A DNA stretch of 63,885 bases, counting the filler, from Folioceros fuciformis (lineage: Eukaryota): the NCBI GenBank assembly GCA_049999805.1. It is 9 parts of 9 records of this genome, joined end to end, with 100 filler letters (N's around TTAATTAATTAA, not from the genome) between each part and the next. Parts side by side here need not be neighbours in the genome. Positions count along the whole stretch, not along the records: positions 21,023 to 41,009 come from JBNGIO010001295.1; 8 more parts are not named here. One strand, given 5' to 3'. This document shows positions 23,662 through 37,235 of the stretch, piece after piece; position 1 is the first letter of the stretch, and every line of letters begins with the position of its first letter. The position numbers and the translations under genes are program-made. Under the pieces are notes generated by a model, which saw only the letters and a program-made list of their open reading frames with translations, had not been told where the DNA came from and did no database searches.

Positions 23662-24558
23662 TTAACCTTCAGGCGGAGCCTTTCTCTTGGTGATGTTCAG
23701 CATCTCCTTCGCCTCAGCCTGTTCCTCCATCAATGTATCACTCGTATATTTTTCCAGCAGTTCCTGCTTCTTCTTCTCCATCACCATCCGCTCGATCTCC
23801 TTCTCATCCGGGAGAGGAACATGAGCCACAAACTCCTTCCTAGGCCTCTTCTCATCTTGCTCTTCTTCTAGGGCAAACTCATCCACGTCTTCATCTGTGA
23901 ACGTTACCTTCACATTCGCAACCTCGCCGCTCTTGACTGTTTTTCGAGCCTCAGCTTTCACAGCCTCTATCCGCTGCCACTCCCGTAACGCCTTCTCCCG
24001 CATCTCCTTCTCCGCCACTTGCTCCACCCGCTCCAGGACTCCATCCTCCTCATCCCTATATCCGTAATAGTCAGCGTCGATTCGCTTGTACATTTCATAC
24101 CTGGACCGCCTCTTAATCTGTTCCGGAGGCTTCTGAAACAGCTCCCGCACTCCAGGAAGCTGCTTGGCTGCTCCAAAATACTTGTAGCCCGGGCCTCTGC
24201 CACTGGCCACTTCCACGGGCCTCCCTTGCGAGTCCGTAGGATGAGGCCCGATCTTGGCATAATTCGGGCCACCTAGCTCAACAATTCTCACCTCCCAATG
24301 CCCTTTCTCCCGTATCAGCTTATTGATCTCGTCGTTCAGGTCCCGCAGCCGGTGCTCGCCCAGGCCAGGGTTCTGGATTTCCATCACCTTCCGGCCGATC
24401 TCCCTGGTAATCTGCGTCCTCCATTTGTCCGCTTCTGCAAGGTCCCGACACTCTGATGCTAGATAAGGCCGCTTCTCCTTAGGCTTCTTCTTCTCCTCGT
24501 TCTTGTGAGCCAAAAATCTGTTCAGCATAGACTGCGCCTTCTCTTCATTTCGCGCCAT
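23662..24558 (-). CDS. ISY1: Pre-mRNA splicing factor ISY1 (intronless CDS)
   Basis: MARNEEKAQSMLNRF, RLRDLNDEINKLIREKGHWE..I.ELGGPNY, GYKYFGAAKQLPGVRELF, DADYYGYRDEEDG. Confidence 0.97.
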   Translation of the reverse strand: MARNEEKAQSMLNRFLAHKNEEKKKPKEKRPYLASECRDLAEADKWRTQITREIGRKVMEIQNPGLGEHRLRDLNDEINKLIREKGHWEVRIVELGGPNYAKIGPHPTDSQGRPVEVASGRGPGYKYFGAAKQLPGVRELFQKPPEQIKRRSRYEMYKRIDADYYGYRDEEDGVLERVEQVAEKEMREKALREWQRIEAVKAEARKTVKSGEVANVKVTFTDEDVDEFALEEEQDEKRPRKEFVAHVPLPDEKEIERMVMEKKKQELLEKYTSDTLMEEQAEAKEMLNITKRKAPPEG

Positions 24559-25112
24559 TGCATTCTACTCTCCGATTCACAACAAAGCCAGACGCCAGAT
24601 CCTTCTCAGGCCGCAGAAGAGCCTTGCAAACCCTTCAAAACCCCCGAACCGACGGATTCAAGTAATAGACCTAGTGATGTTTAATTCGGGGTACTTTGCA
24701 ATAAATACGTGATTTCGTTACACGGCTTCCTTACTGCAGGAAGGACTTTCGTTTCATGCGCTACTGTTTTACGTTAGTTGCAAGGGCTCAGAAGCCTTTG
24801 AGCTGCACACTTTACTCCCCTCAAAACGTAATGTCACCACAAAGCCAGAAACGGGGAGCCATCAAATGCTCCCATGCTGTAACATTCAGCAGGAATTTGA
24901 AGGACGCTTTGCAAACCTTCAAAATGGACTACGAGTGCATGAGGGGCACAAAGATAACACCTAGAGCTGCACAGAATTGTCTACAAGTAGGTAGGAATAT
25001 CTGTAAATAGGATCTCACAGGAAAGAAATATGTACAGTTGATTCAACGCTGAGCCAAATGCGGCTCTCCTGCGCTGGTGGGCCGAGGTGTCAGCAGATTT
25101 TCCAAGGAGAGA

Positions 25113-28100
25113 TTATATTTCGAAATACTTCGGGTTTGTGGGAAAGTTGTACTCCGAATGCAGCTGCCATTCCCACTGCATGGGTCAGTTCGGTTGACAA
25201 GGGATGTACCAGAATGTTAGAAGACCCTGTAATGTCCCACCAAATGCTCTCTGCTTACCTTGCCTTCATCAGAATCGGATTGTCTGCGGGGAAACACTGC
25301 TCGGAGATCACCATATATATAAAATCGTCGCTCGTCCTGTGAAGCCTTGGGTCCTGGGCTCATGGATGGAAGCCCATCCAAATCATGGCCACCTTGAGAC
25401 TTGCCTCTGGTCTTCACAGGCGGGCATGTAAATCGTATTTGAAGAGCATAACGGAGCATACTTCCGCCACCCTCTGAGTTCCCACAGCAAAGATTTGCTG
25501 TCTTGGTAATGGTGCAAGCCTTGGCTGAGTGGGTCCGACTCAAATCTGCTCTGACAGTCTGGGTGTTGTCTGTGGAGCAAGAAAGACTGGCTGCATTTGC
25601 ATAGCTCGGAAGTTGCTTGGATCGAGAACTGCGTTCACTGACATCTACACCCATGTCACCGGGCTCTTGCACATCTGTGCTGCTCTGCTGCTGGGCTCCC
25701 GTGCTGTACAAGCCCCCCTCCTCCGTATTAACATTGTTGGTGCCTGGAATTTCTCTACAAACCTTACGCCGAGGAATTTTCATACTGCTTGGAGACCCCT
25801 TGCCTGCTAGTGAGACTTTGTGACGTAGAAATGTCTACAAAAGGAAAACCCAACAAACAGTTTGCAAATTAAGACAACAGATAGCAACACAAACGTTCAT
25901 CCTACCAACTGTCCCCTGCAAAATATCACTCACCTTGGTACCCGGTGGCATGTCCGTCAAATCATAGCTACAATTGAATGTATGAACAGGAGTTAGTTCG
26001 GGGTTGCTAAGAACCTGCAGAGGAACAACTCCATCTCATTATCCAACACTCGTTCTCAAAACAGCACCTCTGACAAGGGTGAGACAGCAAACAATCAAGC
26101 AATAAACACACACGAGGGTGGGAAGAATGAATTTAGTACCAATTGTATGCGGCCCCTGCTTGGAATTCGATAGCGATTTTTTACAAATTTGTTGTCGACA
26201 GTGCCCTTGTCACCCTTGAAGTTTTCAGTGGTCATCGTACCTCCCAGATCAATGGATGCATAGTACAGCTGTGAGCTATCTCCATCCACGCAAGTGACAG
26301 AGAAGGGCAGCTTCTTCATAGTTGGGAACCAGCTTCCACCAGTTACACTCAACAGAGCCAGAAAACCATGGATCCTCTGCAAGATCGACAGCTTTTGCGT
26401 CAGTTCCCATGTGATGCTCAGATATACCAAATGACTGCACAGGACAAAGAGTGCACATCTGCCTGCCCATCCCTTTTGGCTGGAATGCCAGGTCGAGGAT
26501 AAGGAAAGCAGAGAAAGCCCAATGCAATTATGTCTGAACATCAAAGAACTTGCAGGCAGACATACTAACTGAAAGCAGTGATTACGATACGCAACACACC
26601 TGCGAAGGCTTTCCAGACAAGAAGCGCCCTGACAACAACGACTCTTCGAAAGATCCCACTAATGACCTCCGGACAGATGTTCCATGTCCGGAAGACTTCA
26701 ATGCTGAGGAAGATACTGAATGGAACTCAACTCCAGAGCCACCTCCAGCATTTACTTGCTTGAAGGTGGTGCCTGGCGTCCAATATCGGCAAGCATCGCC
26801 AGTTTCCTCGAACACTCTCCCATTTGCTTCCTCTAGTACGTCTTCGTCAACCAGGTGTCCTCGTAGATAAAACGAATCTGGAAATGAATGCCGCCGGCTT
26901 GGTGGGGAATACATGCAAGCTCTTGACTCCAGTACTCTCGTTCTATTAGGAGACACCCCAAGGGAAGTTGAGCCAGATCGAGGCCCAAGAGGTGAGAGAG
27001 ATAAAGCAGGTAAGGGGCCACTAAGAGATGACCTGACATTTCTCAGAAGTATTAATTCGCCATCAGTGGAACCTGTCTCCACTGATTTATGCACTGGATA
27101 TTCAATCAATGCAGATTGGACATCAGAAGTTAAAGCTCCACGTTCGAAACTGTCACCTACCTGACTGGTTAACAAAGGTCCATCAGTGCGTGCACCAAAA
27201 TAATCTCGAGCCAGCAGATGTGTCCTTGTATGCAGATCCTCAGAGGGCCTAGGGATTGGAACAGGCGTGCTTGCTTGGCTGCAATTCAGTGAGTTCTCTA
27301 CCATTAACATGGTGGAAGACAAATTATTGTCACATGGGCTACTGGGCATCAACAGTGAAGCACGTGCTGGAATCAAGCAATTAGCCATCATCCCATAACT
27401 AGAACACTGTTCAGCAGCAGAGGAGGTAGAAAATGGCAATGGACATATAGGACCATCTGAATGCTCAATCATATGTTCACCTCGTAAAGTCATTTGAGTG
27501 CTACGAAAAGTCCTTGACGTAAAACCAGGCGGGCTTGTGCAGTCGAGTGTGACTGGAACATAATATGTCCCACTTGGCACACAGCTCTGGTCCGCATCAC
27601 AAGCTCTTGACACTGTATGATTGCTCGCAAAGCAGACTCCTCCAGTTCCTTCTTTTAGCTGACAGAATTCGTCTCCAAGATTCAACTTCTGAGTAGTCGT
27701 CAAACATCCTATACTTGCAAACTCAGGAACATCACTAGATCTGTTTTTCACAGCTGCTGTTGAGGAAATTTCTTGTGTTCCTCTGCATCCCACTCCTGCA
27801 TCTTTACTCTTAGATACGGTGCAAGCACTCTTGATGTCCTCCCTCTGCAGGGAGACGTCGCCTTCCACCACAACTTCACAACCATCCATTCCTCTGCCAT
27901 GAACTTCTTGCCTTCCATTATGCAAATCAAAGCCTGACTCAGGTGCAAGGAGCTCCAAAAGAGGCGATATACTCTTCTTTCTGGTTGATACATTTGGGCG
28001 CTCATTTGATCCAGAACACCTTCGGGCAGCTGGCGCTATTCCAGGCAAATCAAGGTCAGAGGTATTTACTCTAATCGTACTTTCTTTAAGTTTGGTCTCT

Positions 28101-28699
28101 GAGTCATCGTCCTTAGGACCTACAGTTTCGGTAGGTGAAGCAGTCTGGCAGACTGAGATGGCGGGATCGAATCCCAGAATGATTGAAGTCGGCTCATCTG
28201 ACCCATGGTGTGCCTTTTCACTCTGCCCCCTGCTGCCTTTCCCAGCAGCAGCAGTATGAGATGGGGGTAGATATTCCCATACTGCTTTGCCGGGTATCAG
28301 AGCCCTCTTAACAGATAGGTCGGCAAGTGCTCTCCAGCCTGACCCTGCTTTGCTGCTGCTTGCAACAGTTCCTGAAAGCTCTTCTACAACATTTCCACCA
28401 GAGCAGTCATTGTATTCCGAAGTGCTACTATATCTCCCTACAGGAAAAGCTGATGATAACACCGGTTGCTTAACACAGTTTCCATGCCCGGGATTAGGCA
28501 ATCTCTCCATCCCGAGTTTCTTGCTCGATCCCATTACAACTCGGGGAAGCGGCACCACAACGTGCTGGTCCTTTCCCCTGCAAACAGAACTATCCTCATG
28601 ACTACACCCACTACCCGCTCCAGAGGGCTGCTTCTGCGTGCATATATTCAGAATCACATGCCCACCTGATGCTTCGTCACCAGGATGGGGCAGCCCCAT
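25113..28699 (-). CDS. FAM214/ATOS-family protein (DUF4210 plus chromosome-segregation domain), multi-exon
   Basis: MGLP start, [80 protein letters not shown]. Last exon [16 protein letters not shown]. Confidence 0.9.
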
Positions 28700-29941
28700 C
28701 CTTTCCACACAACTACAGCTACTACGTCGCTGTGAAGCTCAACAACTCTAAAATTCCATCTTCAAGGGACCCAACACACTACTATGCACCGCAGTGCCGG
28801 GTGCTCTTGGCTACAGATAGCTTACAACGCTTTCAATCCATCGAATAACTTATCGTAGTCACTGCACACATATCACCAGATAACTAGAGGAGGTCACCAC
28901 ATAACTAAAGGAGAACTACTGCGGTGAGCCCCATCCTGCTCTCGATCTGGGGCACAGTCCTCCATCCTCGAAACCAATCGTGGAAAGGCAGCACGTTCTC
29001 TTTTGCTGTCTTCACAACGAGCCACAGTCACTCCACAGCTGGAACTATACGCTCCCAAATCATCCCATCTCAACATGGTCAAGAGACAATCAAAAGGGTG
29101 CCATCACCGTCTCCGAAGCTCCAACAAGCCAGCCAGGCCAAGCTCACCTGACATCACGGCCCACATCACTTTCTGCCAGCATCTCCGATCAACCGAACTG
29201 AAAGATTAGGTCACCAATCTTCGACACCACCTTCCCAGCCTTGCTCTCCGCCCACAAAACCCGTCCAATTGTCTCTAATCATGGACCTCGCGTCGAGAGC
29301 TGGCAGGATGACCACCAGCAGTTCATCCTGCCCTTCGAGAAACCCCATCTTCCCGGGAGATGGGGATGAGACGAGATCCAAAAGCGGAAAAACCCGTCTG
29401 TCCAAATTCCAGAATAGGAAGCGCACAGGATCCGTTCATTCCCCCTCACTCAAACTCGGATTGCCCCACGCAAGATCTCGAAAAAGCAAAGCCTTCTTTA
29501 GAGCCCCTCGCTCCGTCTGTCACCGCAGTCCAGCGAGTCCATCAATCGAATTGCGGTCCAACTCCAACTGGAACCCGACCGCCAGAGCGGAACAAGACTG
29601 AAGCAAGCGGCAGGCCAGCCGCCCAACGCCCCTGTCATCGCCCACCAGACCAGCCAGCGTCAGTTGCGTACAGAATTGCAGCAAGGCGGGGAGGCGGACA
29701 AGGAGCTGCCGCCGGCCTGCACAGATCGCTTGGCCTTCCTGTGCCCGCATTACGAAAAAAGCAAAGCAATGCAGACCAGCCAGAGCCTCACCAGCGAGAG
29801 CCGCTGCTGCGGAGCTCGCCCCATCTCTGTGGGGCGATGCTCTCCTTCCTTGCTGCTGCTCCACTCCGAAGACCGAATGCGGAAATCCGCCCCGAGGCCA
29901 AGGACGATTCGATTCGACTAAGGTGGGCTGTGGGCGGCGAC

Positions 29942-30035
29942 GGTGGGCTCGCGTGGATGACGATCCAGGGACACGGTGGGCTCGGGCGGATGACGATCCA
30001 GGCCCGGGGTGGGCTGCGCGGAATGCGATGGACTT
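29942..30035. repeat. ~33-bp GC-rich tandem repeat x ~2.5
   Basis: ggtgggctcg.g.ggatgacgatccagg units. Confidence 0.75.
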
Positions 30036-30584
30036 CAATGGAGAGGATGAAGAAGGCAGGTAGGAGCAAGAGGGAGAGAGAATCGACGGTAGAAACAGTG
30101 GGCGACGCAAAAAGAGAGATAGTGAGCCATGCTTCGGCCCTGTGCACCACATCTGGCCAGACCTGACCTGACGAGGCTACCACATGGCCGTCCTGCAACC
30201 TGTCCCGCTTGGGCGTCTTAGGCGTCTAAGCATCCAATCCCTGGACCCTGGTTCGGTGATCTCACATCCCTTCATAGTCATACTGAGCCATAGCTTTTTC
30301 CTCGGGAAACGACAAAACTTTGCTACTCATCGCAGTACCGGAAGAAATGTTCCGTTCCTGCTACTTTCTTTATATACAAAAAGAGACTCAATGACGGTGG
30401 GGTCTGGTTCCTACTAAAATGAGACTCGCGGGATTCTTCCCTCAGCAAGGCTGAACAGTCTAGCAAAACCGAAGAGCTGGCTGCTGATTGCACAGCCATC
30501 TCGCATCAGTGCACAGTCTGCACTAAGCGACGCACACCTATCACGAAAGCACAGCAATGTGCCATGCCCTCCCTGCACCGACCT

Positions 30585-33500
30585 TCACTGAGGCCTGTCC
30601 CAACTGGTTTCAGATGTGGATAAGTTGCCGTAGTAGACTTCTCCCGAGGAGCTGTCCCAGAATGCCTGCACAAGCACGCAAGAGGGGTTCGCAGTGTGAC
30701 GTTTCTGTTGCACGATTGATATGAGCGACTTAATGGGGGACGTCTATTTTTTCTGTACCTGCCATCCTGAAGGCAGACCCTTCTCGAGCTCCTTCAGATC
30801 AGGCTTCTCTACCTTGCACCCCGCAGTTTCACTGGACAAAGATTTTGTCTCCGTCTTTTTGGCACGTTTCACTCGCTCCCTCCTGTAGCCAGAGGCCAGG
30901 CTCAGTGAGGCGTAATGGACTCGTCAGTTGCACCCTGAACTCCATACCGCTTCCCAAGCGCGAAGAGGGCCACTTACCAGTCTACGATCCCCAGAGGTTG
31001 AAAGTTTGCATTATCCAAAGCACCTCCACTAGCAAGTTGCTCCCGTCGCCATTCCTAGGAAGAGATTGAATTGTTAACACTGCACTTCGGGCCAAAGAGC
31101 TGAGGACACTTCTTGAGAAGACTAGCACACCAGTCCGTAATACCTCAATCTCTTTCTGCCGCTTTTTCTCCATTGCATCAATGTCATACTTGTCACTTTC
31201 TTCTTCATCGCTCTCTTGAAGTTCCTCCTTCGCTGCTATCCACTGTTCTAGGGCAAGCAGAGTCATTACTCAATGAACAAGACCATGCTTCAGATTCTGA
31301 GCACAACAACAATAATCTCTGGAAAATAAAGTACCTTATTAACCAAGTTTGACACCTTTTTATTAGACCGAAGAGTAGGAGCAACAGCTGTGCTATGTGG
31401 CCTTTTCTTACCGCGGCTAACTGAAACTTAACAACAGCACGCACAAAATGAGGCAAAGGTGGCAAAGGAAAAAGCAACGGCTGTCACCAAAAGTTGTTCC
31501 AACAAATTACAATTCTCACCTTTCGACGGTTTCTTTGCAACTGTACTCGTGCTAGCACTCTCTGCTGCTACCGATGGGGCAGATTCCTTAACACATATAG
31601 AAGGTTTCGAACTTCCTTCATCAACTTGGTCAGCTTTTGGCTCAGACCTTACATTTACAGCAGCGCCTGTCCAGCCATTTGCTCCGCCATTCACAGTCCC
31701 ACTTAAAACAGCGTTTACTGTCCCATTTGAGACACCATTTGCTGTCCCACTGACCATCCTATAACCATTCAAACTCTGCGCGTAGTAGTACACGCTTGGT
31801 GCTGAAAAATAGCTGTAGGAGGTCCCCGGCATATAGTGGGGAGCTAGTGCAGTAGTAGCAGCGAAGTCACAAGTATATTCAGGAGGAGGAGGGGGTGGAG
31901 GTTCATCCGGAGGCGGGGGGGGTGCGATGTCAGGATCAGGAGGTGGTGGCGGTACCCAATCATCATCAGGAAGAGGAGGTGGAGGCGGGTGTTGTTGCCA
32001 GACATCAGCCATCACTGGCATTGAATACATGGACAACGGGAAAGGCAAAGGATACTGAGATAATAAACCAGGGCCAGCAGACCCTGCATTTGAGGGATCC
32101 CCATAGTTGACAATACTTTGAACACAATAATCCCCTGTAGGAGCAGATACAGATGCCACTGCACGTTCCTCGTCACCCACACCGTCGTCAACATCCATAT
32201 CGACTTCCATGTCAACTTCGTTACTCACATCCAACGGACCAGCATCACCTAGGTCCACAGAGTCATCTTGAGGATCAATCAAGCAGGCCACAGATGGCTC
32301 AGCATGCTGCTGTAATGCCAAAGGTTGGACAACATTTCCTGCATGCACTGAGGAAGGTGCTGTTGAGTCGATTGGATTCTCTTGGCTGATAAGCCTTCCA
32401 TCCTCGACAGCCTCATCATCCCCAGGCCTTACTGACTCAGTTGGGGCCCCATCATCAAACTCAGTTTGCTGTTCTTGAGGCTCCCTGTCCTCCGCATCAT
32501 CACCAGTGTCTGAGTGCTGGGCAGAAACTGGAGGACGAAGTGCCCGGAAACCTGTCCTTCCAGCTTGAGGGGCCTCATAACTTGAGCCCGCATGCAATGA
32601 CTGGAAACTTCTTTCTAGTATCCTATCCACTGCATCTTGCTCAGACTCAGGTGATGCAGCAGCTTCCTCCACTGGAGTACCTGACTCCAACCGTTTCAAG
32701 TGCTCTTCACTATACCGTCTGAAAGTTTCATCCAAACCCCCTTCAGATGCCAGAGTTTGGCAATCTGATACTCTGATCCTTGCTTCAATTGCAACACGGA
32801 CACACAACGGAATCGCTTGCAAACTATCCCTGCACAACCAAAGAGGCCAAATTAGGAAAAACGTATTCGAGACTAAAGTGCTATACAAGATATAACACCA
32901 AAGGAGATCGCCAGCCAAGGGATGGGTAGCTAAAGCGAACCCTGCAATAACTTCCAATCGACATGCTAAAGACTCTCCCCAGTCAAGGAATCGCTTCAGT
33001 TGTTCTTCAATTCCTCCAACGTTTCCCATCAAAGCAGCCACACCTGAGCGGGTCTCAGAGTTGTTACACTGCACTCCATCGGAAATAACATCTCTCTCAC
33101 CCGCTTCTTGAAGGTGAGACGTGTCTTCTACATGAGCTGAATCCAATACTTCCAGGGATGTGGTGGTTGCCTGCTCAGCTGACAGACCATTCAGTTCGCT
33201 CGAGGATGTGTTATCCAAACTAGTGTTCTCCCCCCCGACCTTCTGAAGTACCGGGACTGCAGGTTGAGCATCACCTTGCCTGCTAATACTTGGTCCTTCT
33301 GATTCCAATTCCTGTGGAAGAATGCCTGCAGGCTCAGATTCTAGTTCTACGAATGGCATGGACTCCTCACCTCCATCCTGTGCTGTTTCAGCAATAGAAG
33401 GATCTGTCGGGTTCCCTTGTTTTGGAATGCCAGCAGCTACCACATCCGCCAGGTGCTGATCCAACACCAACACGTGTTGCTCTTGAGACAGAGTCCCATA

Positions 33501-35059
33501 ATCAAGTCCTGACGCACTTTCCCTTAAGTTAGTCGAAGCAGGCTTCTCCCAGGTAGTTTCACCAGTCATTGTGTTCCAATAGTAATAATCTCGACTCTCA
33601 GGATCGAGCACAACTTTCCACGCCACAGTCCCATCGTAAATGTGATTCTCCGGCATCACCCCATTCGCATTTGGTCTAGACAGGCCATTGGAGATCTGGT
33701 GCCTCCATAAGCTCTCATCTTTCGTCTCCTCCTTATCCTCCATGGGCTTCGCCACAGCCAAATCTTCGACACCTCCCACCTGCCCATTGACTCCAGCGGT
33801 TTGCGCCTTGCCAACTTCAACATCCGCCCGTGTGGGGCCTCCAAGTTCATGTTCCAGCAGGCCACTCGTCCGCAAATCTGCCATGAAATTTGCCATCTTC
33901 ATGGCGGAACAACTGCGTCAGCTCAACGACCCAGAGGGGCAAAGGAAGCACCTCCTAAAAGTGAATCAGAGACTCACTCCAAGCCCTCGAAACCAGCTCC
34001 CAATATCTCACCTGCTCATCCACAGGACGAGGTGGCAGTGCAATGTGCCTTCTCGTTCCATTCTCTAGCCGTGGTACCGCTGTATCACATTCTTCCTCCT
34101 CGTCCTCGTCACTGTACTGCCCCAGAAGTGACAGGGGGTTTTCGGTACTCGCACCTGCACCTGCATCTGCACAACCCACACCTAATGAACGCCGGAAGTC
34201 ACATCCTTAAAAGATGACAAAAAAGAACTGAGCGTTAGCTGCATCGGCCTTCGTGTGAGTCAGCGGTTTGTTTACATCGACAACAAGTCATGCTGAGCGT
34301 TAGGAAAACGGACGCTACTAGGGTTCTAAATGGTGTGCTACGTTCTATGCAGCAGCCACCTGCTGTGGGACGTAGCAGAAGAGAGCATAAGACAAACGAC
34401 ACACCCGACAGTCTCATGGCAACGGGTCAGGTTAACAAACCAAACAAAGCCAGAAACATACGAACCGAGATGGCAATTGCTGCCGGCTGCATTCTCCACC
34501 CGCTCTGGTTCAGTGAACGTTGCCCTGTATGGCCATACTGACAAAGTAGAAGCAAGCCTGACCTCAACAAAGCTGAATGTCATTCAATTTTCCCTGCTGC
34601 TTGCCGCCCTGATCTGACCCTTTGTTGGTTCCCAACATCAGGGCCACCCTACAGGCCCCAGAATCAACCTCTCCAGCCACAACTCTGGAGGTATCTGAAT
34701 GGTCCCAGAACGAGTGCCTTTGCATGCAAGGCAGTGCTTGCATAGGCACCATGGAGGCAAGCCCTATAAACCCACCTGGAAGCAGTCGTGGAGACGGTAC
34801 TCCAGCGCTGTTAAACTGACTCTCATCACCGCCGATTTGATCGTTTGCACCAGTTTCTGCATCACTCAACATGCCAAACAATCAACCACGACTCCCGTAC
34901 CAAACCCCACGCCACCAGCAACCACAGGACCTCATCTGCACAATATTACTTACCAGAGGAAGAATTCAAATCTAGGTCTTCATCCCGCGAAAGATCAAGC
35001 TTCACCCTACGAAGCCCACCGCCCAAGGTGCCATGCCTACGATCCCGCCTCTTTCCCAT
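30585..35059 (-). CDS. FNBP4-like dual WW-domain, Pro-rich nuclear protein (multi-exon)
   Basis: MGKRRDRR..RRVKLDL, NPLSLLGQYSDE, WW1 WKVVLDPESRDYYYWNTMTGETTWEKP, poly-Pro, WIAAKEEL..EKKRQKEIE|EWR, NFQPLG, WW2 LPSGWQ|AFWDSSSGEVYYGNLSTSETSWDRP. Confidence 0.88.
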
Positions 35060-35807
35060 CTCTCCCCTTTTCACGACAACACAATTGATAACCGCACCCT
35101 GCAGCTCCTGCCTGCCTCCAAACACAGCGACCACCTCTAAAGCCGGTAGGAGCGGGAGAGTGTGCTTCCACTTCTGCCACTCAAATCCACCTCGTCTCCA
35201 ATCCTAGCCCTCTACACCGTTTTCCCACACGCTGCGCGAGCATGCCGTGCCCCTTTCTCGCACTGATGTAAACCCGTCTTGCATCCCAGCTTTTCTTACA
35301 TGCATCCACTCCACCACAATTTTCAAAGGTTTAAGCGCAATTTTAGCAGTACCTTCTAAGGACGAGTACAGTACATATATCGCATGCTCAACGCACATAC
35401 ATATAGCTTTTGCACTTCCTTCTGCTCGATTTTGTTTTGTTTCTTCATACGTTAGCGGCATTTCATTTCAAGCTTGCTAAATTTACATCCTAACCAGCTA
35501 GGGAAAAAAAAACTGTTTAAATAAAGATAAAATATTACGAACATCATTAAATTATTATTCCATCAAATATTTCAGAAACACCTCATTCACATCCCTTTTC
35601 TTGGTAGAGTGTTCTTTTACCAGAAACGCAATAGGAGGTTTCCAATGCACGTATTCTTTCACTATGTGTTATAACACCTCTTGTGGTTACCTCCTTGGGA
35701 GGATAAATAAATATAAACATTTTTATTTCTTTCAATAATTTCATCATAAAAAAAAAAGAAGTACATCAAATTAGCAAAAGGCACTATCAACTTCATGAGT
35801 AAAAACA

Positions 35808-37235
35808 TTAAGAACAATCTCGAGGCTCAAAGTATAATTTATGATGCGGCAAATCATATGCTATGTAAGACCCTCCCAATTGAAACACTCCTAATATATT
35901 TGTGTGTCTAGCTCTTGTCATCGCTAAACACATAAGATATCTGTTAGAGTTTTTTTGGTCATACAAGAAACCAAATGTCTGATGGGTCCCAAAAGTCCAA
36001 GCAACGCTGTTATCAAACTCCATTGTGATGGAAGGAACAATTGGATTTTGGGCTCCTGTTATATCAAAGCATAACTCAAAAGAAGAATAAGATGCTTGAA
36101 TGATTGGATACATAATCTGCCTCTTAAGCTCACTAATCAAGGGGTTAAATGCAGCCTCAACTAATGTAGTAAATGTGGTACCTGTGTCAATGAACGTTCC
36201 TCCATTCCCATTGGCAATCTGAAATGCAGTGACCGGAATGTGCAATAGAACGTTATTAACGTAAATGTTTACTATTGTAAGGTAATAGAAGTCAGGATAA
36301 GATGGGTTATAAGAAATTGTTATGGATCTCATTGAAGGGATTCCTTGCAGTGCAACTTCACCAAGTAACAGATATCCTGGTTTTTTCTTATTAGCACCCA
36401 TAATTTGTGGTAAGCACATACCAAACACTCCGTCCACTTCAAGCTGTGTGATGAACGAGAATTCCGACCTTCCAAGGCCGAGTATCCCCGACGTGTCATC
36501 GGTAAACTGCCCTGTTTGGAAGTCACCAGCTCCGAAAACAAAATTTTTATACAATAAAATGTGGTCATGGTCATCAGGGCTTGTGATAGTTAATGTTTCA
36601 TATGCCACAACACCACTTGTGGACTCCACACCTAATCCATATTCTAAATAATATTCACACTTTCCCGAGTTAATGGAGGAGGAGTCTTTCTCACATTTTC
36701 GTTGTGGTAGTAATCCTTTCTTGATGCAATATGGGTCTTGGCATGATAGTGGATTGTAGGAGCTTGATTTGTACGAGAAGAATTTAGGAACATTGCTTCT
36801 ATAACAGTCGATGCAAGGATTGCTTTGAGTCCATACAAGACTGCTACCTGTGTCTAATATGAGTTGAAGAGGTTGTGGAGGAGTTCCTAGATTAATTGTG
36901 CTGTAATAGATGCCGGAATTGTGAGCTTCTTCGATAGGATATATGTAATCACCTTTAAGTATTCGGTTGGCAATAGAGATATTGTTGTTATTGTGGAACA
37001 AGTAATTAGCCTTTGTCATGTCTCGTTTAGCTTGTAACTCCCAGTGACTTATATTTGCGAGCTTTCCATTAGAAAAAAGATGTGGCTCGCGCTCGTGTAC
37101 ACTAATTCGCAACGATGGTTTCTTCGCGTTTTCCTTTCTTAATCCACTGCAATCCCATTGACCACATAATCCACTGGTGAATAAAGGTGTGCAAAGAGTG
37201 AACAAAGCATGTATAACTAGTATTGCATTCCACAT
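35808..37235 (-). CDS. Secreted A1 aspartic protease, nepenthesin/CDR1-like (intronless, AT-rich)
   Basis: Signal peptide; catalytic LILDTGS and FIDTGT; GILGLGR; Cys-rich insert; ILGVFQ..YDL..LYFEPRDCS. Confidence 0.93.
   Translation of the reverse strand: MWNAILVIHALFTLCTPLFTSGLCGQWDCSGLRKENAKKPSLRISVHEREPHLFSNGKLANISHWELQAKRDMTKANYLFHNNNNISIANRILKGDYIYPIEEAHNSGIYYSTINLGTPPQPLQLILDTGSSLVWTQSNPCIDCYRSNVPKFFSYKSSSYNPLSCQDPYCIKKGLLPQRKCEKDSSSINSGKCEYYLEYGLGVESTSGVVAYETLTITSPDDHDHILLYKNFVFGAGDFQTGQFTDDTSGILGLGRSEFSFITQLEVDGVFGMCLPQIMGANKKKPGYLLLGEVALQGIPSMRSITISYNPSYPDFYYLTIVNIYVNNVLLHIPVTAFQIANGNGGTFIDTGTTFTTLVEAAFNPLISELKRQIMYPIIQASYSSFELCFDITGAQNPIVPSITMEFDNSVAWTFGTHQTFGFLYDQKNSNRYLMCLAMTRARHTNILGVFQLGGSYIAYDLPHHKLYFEPRDCS

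Noticed and set aside
23662-24558. ISY1 as a recent retrogene
   Set aside because: No poly(A) or TSD, and an intron-poor CDS is not unusual for this gene as I recall.
29269-30198. Overlapping 200-270 aa ORFs on both strands
   Set aside because: GC-rich leader/promoter of the FAM214-like gene plus a tandem repeat; no domain-like content.
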